Assembly: GCA_039814435.1 (NCBI GenBank)
Contig: JBCCBC010000001.1
Coordinates: forward strand, 1 to 40,652
Source: Pseudomonadota bacterium
GTDB taxonomy: Bacteria > Pseudomonadota > Alphaproteobacteria > Rhodobacterales > Rhodobacteraceae
Length of the DNA: 40,652 nt
Direction: 5' to 3'
Below, in pieces: positions 36,459 through 40,652 of the stretch. Made by a program: the position numbers and the translations under genes. Within the stretch, counting starts at the first letter, position 1. Each line of letters starts with the position of its first letter. The notes below the pieces were generated by a model that was not told the origin of the DNA, made no database searches, and saw only the letters and a program-made list of their open reading frames with translations.

Positions 36459-38549
36459 ATGGCAACAAACTTCGTAAACTCGGATATCGCCAACGGATTT
36501 TTAACGATCGCAAACGGCGATGAAACGATTATCTTAGATGGCGTAACCGTTTTTGACGATACGTTTTCGGTCGTTCAGCTGCTTTCCGGCGCTTCAATCA
36601 CCACCTTTGTGAACTTTGGTGACGTTTTCACTGCATCAGGCGGTTCCGTCATCGATGTCAATAGCGCCTCCGCAGACATTATAAACCACGGCACTCTGTA
36701 TCTGGCGAATACAGACAGTTCATTCGCCTCCGTGATCGATTTTGCCGGTGGCGTGCCCTCTGGTGAGACAGGAAACGAACAACTGTCGGTGGTCAACTTC
36801 GGTGTCATGCAATCACAAAAATCGATGTTTGATATCTTCGATACAACAGGTGCCTATGATATCAATATCGATAATCGTGGTGTCATGATCGGGAACTCCT
36901 CAAATACTTTCATAGTCACAGATCCGCGCGCGGCAGACTTTATCTTCCGGAACTCTGGTGAAGCCTTCGGTGGGAGCTTTTTCTCAGCCGGTACCGGCAC
37001 TGGGTTGCTCGACAACAGCGGCGCATTCGTCATGCGCTCTTTCGCCATGAATAGCGCACTTGGCAACGTGATCATAAATTCGGGCACGATCAAAGTGATG
37101 CTCGATTCCGGTGCTGTTCAAAGTTTCGTCGGATCAACCCTTGGTGCCGACATCGTAAACAACTCTGGCACCATCACCGCAAACATCAGTTTAGCGGGTG
37201 GCGATAACGAGGTGACGAACTCGGGTACGATCAATGGCAACGTCGTCTTTGACAATGGCGACGACGTGTTGATCAACACTGGCACCATCTTTGGCGATGT
37301 GAACATGGGGTCGTTCAACGACACAATGCGCAACGACGGAGAAATCTATGGTGACGTGAACCTGGCCAACAACGAAGATCTGTATGTTGGCGGTTTGAAC
37401 AGCATTGTATTTGGTTCCATCAACGGCGGGATCGGCAATGACACCATCCGCACGGGTGACGCTAACGACACGATCAACAGCGCTTCCGAAAATGACCTGA
37501 TTTCCAGTGGCGCGGGCGATGACGTGGTTAACGCCGGCACGGGCAATGATACGGTCAAAGCCGGTGCGGGTGACGATATTGTTCTAGCGGGGACCGAGAG
37601 TGACAGCGTCATGGGCGGCGAGGGAAATGACTCCCTTGTGGGCGAAGATGGCAATGACACCATCCGTGGCAACGAAGGCGACGACACCATTGATGGCGGT
37701 CTGGACGCGGATAACCTTGGGGGCGGCGACGGTGACGACGACGTCAGCGGCGGTTCCGGTGCTGACACCATCACCGGCGGCGGCGGCAACGATAGCCTGT
37801 CAGGCGACGGCGACAGCGACCAGATCTTTGCCGGACAAGGCGAAGATACGGTCCTTGGTGGCGACGGCGACGATCTTGTGTTTGCCGGCGATGGTGACGA
37901 TGTTGTGTTTGGTGGTCTTAACAATGACTCGATTGTGGCCGGCGACGGTGCCGATCAGGCGCACGGTGAAGAGGGTGACGACGTTATCTTTGGCCAGGCC
38001 GGCGACGACCAGTTGTTTGGCGACGCAGGTGACGACACGATTTCTGGTGGCATTGGTGACGACTTTATCCAGGGTGGCGACGACGACGACGTGGTTTTGG
38101 CCGGGTCCGGTGATGACACCTTGCAGGGCGAAGATGGCGATGACACCCTGTTCGGCCAGTCTGGCGATGACACCCTGCAAGGTGGCGCCGGGGCGGATGA
38201 TCTCCAAGGCGGATCCGGCAACGATATCCTTGATGGGGCGAACAAGGGCGACATACTGGTTGGCGGGCGCGGTGACGACACAATGGAAGGCGGCGGCGGC
38301 GGCGACACCTTTGTGTTTGGGCGCGCCGACACCGGAAACGATGTTATCATCGATTTCACTGATGGGTCCGACATTCTGGATATTTCGGATCTCGCCGTGC
38401 TCAAGTTCAACACGCTCAACAACGCGAATGCGTTTTCCGAGGATACCGACGGGGTCATCATTGATCTCACCACCGTAGGTGGGTCCGGCACAGTCTATCT
38501 GTTTGGGATGACCATTGCGGATCTCGACAGCAGCGACTTTATCTTCTGA
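36459..38549 (+). CDS. RTX/hemolysin-type calcium-binding secreted protein (paralog 1)
   Basis: N-terminal N-x-G-x-[IM] repeats, a long GG-x-G-x-D nonapeptide tract, DTFVF/DVI-x-DF and C-terminal DFIF (type I secretion-like end); no Sec signal. Confidence 0.92.
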   Translation: MATNFVNSDIANGFLTIANGDETIILDGVTVFDDTFSVVQLLSGASITTFVNFGDVFTASGGSVIDVNSASADIINHGTLYLANTDSSFASVIDFAGGVPSGETGNEQLSVVNFGVMQSQKSMFDIFDTTGAYDINIDNRGVMIGNSSNTFIVTDPRAADFIFRNSGEAFGGSFFSAGTGTGLLDNSGAFVMRSFAMNSALGNVIINSGTIKVMLDSGAVQSFVGSTLGADIVNNSGTITANISLAGGDNEVTNSGTINGNVVFDNGDDVLINTGTIFGDVNMGSFNDTMRNDGEIYGDVNLANNEDLYVGGLNSIVFGSINGGIGNDTIRTGDANDTINSASENDLISSGAGDDVVNAGTGNDTVKAGAGDDIVLAGTESDSVMGGEGNDSLVGEDGNDTIRGNEGDDTIDGGLDADNLGGGDGDDDVSGGSGADTITGGGGNDSLSGDGDSDQIFAGQGEDTVLGGDGDDLVFAGDGDDVVFGGLNNDSIVAGDGADQAHGEEGDDVIFGQAGDDQLFGDAGDDTISGGIGDDFIQGGDDDDVVLAGSGDDTLQGEDGDDTLFGQSGDDTLQGGAGADDLQGGSGNDILDGANKGDILVGGRGDDTMEGGGGGDTFVFGRADTGNDVIIDFTDGSDILDISDLAVLKFNTLNNANAFSEDTDGVIIDLTTVGGSGTVYLFGMTIADLDSSDFIF

Positions 38550-38568
38550 AGCCAACCGGCTGACAGTC

Positions 38569-38599
38569 AAGCGCCGTACGTAAGCGTGCGGCGCTTTTT
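38569..38599 (+). terminator. Intrinsic terminator after RTX paralog 1
   Basis: AAGCGCCGTACG[TAAG]CGTGCGGCGCTT followed by TTT. Confidence 0.8.
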
Positions 38600-38838
38600 C
38601 ACGCAAATCAATCCAGCCGCTGCGGCCCGGAATTGCCCCAACACCAGCGGCGACTTTTCCCGTACAGGCAGCATTTGGGTTTGCCCAAACCCGCCCTCAT
38701 TGCGTACTGTTTGGTACATATTCACGCCAAACCCTCCGGAGCTTTTTGATCCGCGTCGCCATTTGCCCGCGCATCAAGGGGTCCCTTGGGCCGCAGATCA
38801 AAGACGTTTTTAAGCAATTTTACGGAAAGGGCCACATT

Positions 38839-40652
38839 ATGGCAGTCATTTTCTCCAATACGGATTCGCTCAATGGGACGACCGCCATCTCGAACGGCGA
38901 CGAACTGATCATCGCAGCCGGGACAACCTATTTCGAAGATAGCAACCCCCACGTCATCATCATGGCAGGGGGAACGCTTGAAACAGTGCTGGCAAATTAC
39001 GGGACGATCATCGGCGGCTCCACCTCCGGCGAAACCATCAATATGGACGCCGACAGGTCAGTCGTTATCAACCATGGCACAATCTCCATGGTAACGGGCA
39101 ACCCAAACTTTTTGGCAGCGGTTTTTGACTTTGCTGGCGGCAATAGCAGCAGTGGGGCCGCGACCGACGCAACTATTGTCAATTTTGGGCAAATAGATTC
39201 GACCGGTTCTTTCAGCGGCCTCGGAGCTTCAGTTGGTCTCTACAATGTTCGGATCGAGAACTTTGGAATCATAGCGACCAACCAGCAAGACAATTTCATC
39301 CTAACCACCAGCAACCAGGTCAACGCGGACATTTTTAACTCCGGCACAATAATTGCGGGACTGACAAATCTGAAGGGTAGCGGAACCACAACCATCGACA
39401 ACAGTGGCACGATCCGATTGCGCACGTTGGACATTGGGGCAGATCTGGGCTCGATCCTGGTCAACACCGGTGACCTGACGGTTGGTGACGGCGGCGCGAC
39501 GACGTTTGTTGTTGGGGGAACGGCCGCGGACGTTGTCAAAAACGAGGGCAGGATTGACACAGGGTTGTCACTGAACGCCGGAGACAATGTGATCACCAAC
39601 TCCGGCGTCATCACCGGTTCTGTCTTTGTCAGCGGCGGGGCGGACTCGGTGCAAAACCGGGCAGGTGGCACAATCGGTGGTGACGTCACCTTGCTGTCGG
39701 GCAACGATACCGTTTTCAACGAAAGCTTCATTTTCGGCGAAGTGGACTTGGGCAATGGGGACGATGTTTATCGCGGCGGTGTCGCAAGCGCTGTTCTTGG
39801 CGGAATAGATGCAGGGCTAGGCTTTGATACAGTTGTGACCGGTAACGCGGACGATTTGATCAACGCCGGCGCAGGCTCAAGCAGCAATCTGGTCAGATCA
39901 GGGGCGGGCAGCGACACAATCACCAGTTCTGCGATTGGCAACGACACGCTGGCTGGTGAAGATGGGGACGACAGCATTTCAGCGGCGGCCGGCAACAATG
40001 AATTGATGGGTGGCGACGGAGACGACACAATCAGTGGCGGCTCGGGCAGCGACACAATTCGCGGTGGACTTGGAGAAGACAGCATTTTTGGCGGCATCTT
40101 CGGCAGCAACCTTGTATATGGCGGCGACGGAGACGATGAGATCCTCGGGGCCAGCGCGTCAGACACATTCCGTGGCGGCGCGGGTGATGACACAATTGAC
40201 GGCGGCGCTGACGGCGATGATCTGCGCGGCGGTGTGGGCGATGACGTGATCATCGGTGGGCTGGGTGACGACACGATCATGGCGGGTGACGGCAATGATG
40301 ATGTTATGGGTGGCACCGAAAATGACATCATCAACGGCGGTGATGGGTTGGACACAATGTCCGGCGACGGCGGAAACGACCTGATCCACGGTGGCGATGG
40401 GATGGACCTCATCTCGGGCGGCGCAAACAACGACACACTGCATGGCGGGGCCGGAGACGATGAGATGTCTGGCGATGACGGTGACGATGACATGTTCGGG
40501 AATGCCGGGGATGACCAGATGACTGGCGGCGCAGGTGACGACACGATGACCGGCGGCGGTGGGGCCGATACCTTTGTGATCGCGCGCAATGACACCGGCA
40601 GTGATGTGATCACCGACTTTTCGGACGGTACAGACGTGCTGGATATCTCTGA
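38839..40652 (+). CDS. RTX/hemolysin-type calcium-binding secreted protein (paralog 2), truncated by the window edge
   Basis: Not in the ORF track because it has no stop inside the window. ATG 38839 after GGAAAGGG; [25 protein letters not shown]...; GG-x-G-x-D repeats; ends [30 protein letters not shown], colinear with paralog 1. Confidence 0.9.
   Translation, partial: MAVIFSNTDSLNGTTAISNGDELIIAAGTTYFEDSNPHVIIMAGGTLETVLANYGTIIGGSTSGETINMDADRSVVINHGTISMVTGNPNFLAAVFDFAGGNSSSGAATDATIVNFGQIDSTGSFSGLGASVGLYNVRIENFGIIATNQQDNFILTTSNQVNADIFNSGTIIAGLTNLKGSGTTTIDNSGTIRLRTLDIGADLGSILVNTGDLTVGDGGATTFVVGGTAADVVKNEGRIDTGLSLNAGDNVITNSGVITGSVFVSGGADSVQNRAGGTIGGDVTLLSGNDTVFNESFIFGEVDLGNGDDVYRGGVASAVLGGIDAGLGFDTVVTGNADDLINAGAGSSSNLVRSGAGSDTITSSAIGNDTLAGEDGDDSISAAAGNNELMGGDGDDTISGGSGSDTIRGGLGEDSIFGGIFGSNLVYGGDGDDEILGASASDTFRGGAGDDTIDGGADGDDLRGGVGDDVIIGGLGDDTIMAGDGNDDVMGGTENDIINGGDGLDTMSGDGGNDLIHGGDGMDLISGGANNDTLHGGAGDDEMSGDDGDDDMFGNAGDDQMTGGAGDDTMTGGGGADTFVIARNDTGSDVITDFSDGTDVLDIS

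Noticed and set aside
37346-40613. Ser/Pro-rich minus-strand ORFs (37346..37924, 37955..38491, 39768..40613)
   Set aside because: Reverse-complement reading of the Gly/Asp RTX repeats.

Overview
Chromosomal segment from a GC-rich alphaproteobacterium of the Rhodobacterales/Roseobacter type (inferred from gene order and protein similarity). From left to right: (1) 1-10313, minus strand: an RcGTA-like gene transfer agent head-tail cluster, g1 to the start of g15, in canonical order and with no integrase. It has a clear sigma70-type promoter, terminator-like hairpins in the leader and between terL and portal, a strand-specific RNA structure after the capsid gene, and a portal gene interrupted by one in-frame TAA. 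(2) mltG-fabF-GNAT-acpP-fabG-fabD, two YceI-family genes, rpsF-rpsR-rplI, a DUF4329/JAB-like lipoprotein and tig. (3) A ~7.8-kb six-gene signalling block between tig and the 3' end of tRNA-Leu(TAG): solute-binding protein, histidine kinase, receiver, CheB-CheR-coiled coil-PAS fusion with no chemoreceptor, PAS kinase and receiver, with CtrA-like boxes before several units. (4) A Cys-less Hint-domain gene, nnr, glnB-glnA, a candidate 28-aa membrane peptide and two tandem paralogous RTX-type secreted proteins; the second runs off the window and is missing from the ORF track. All calls come from reading the sequence and from recalled family knowledge; no database search was run.
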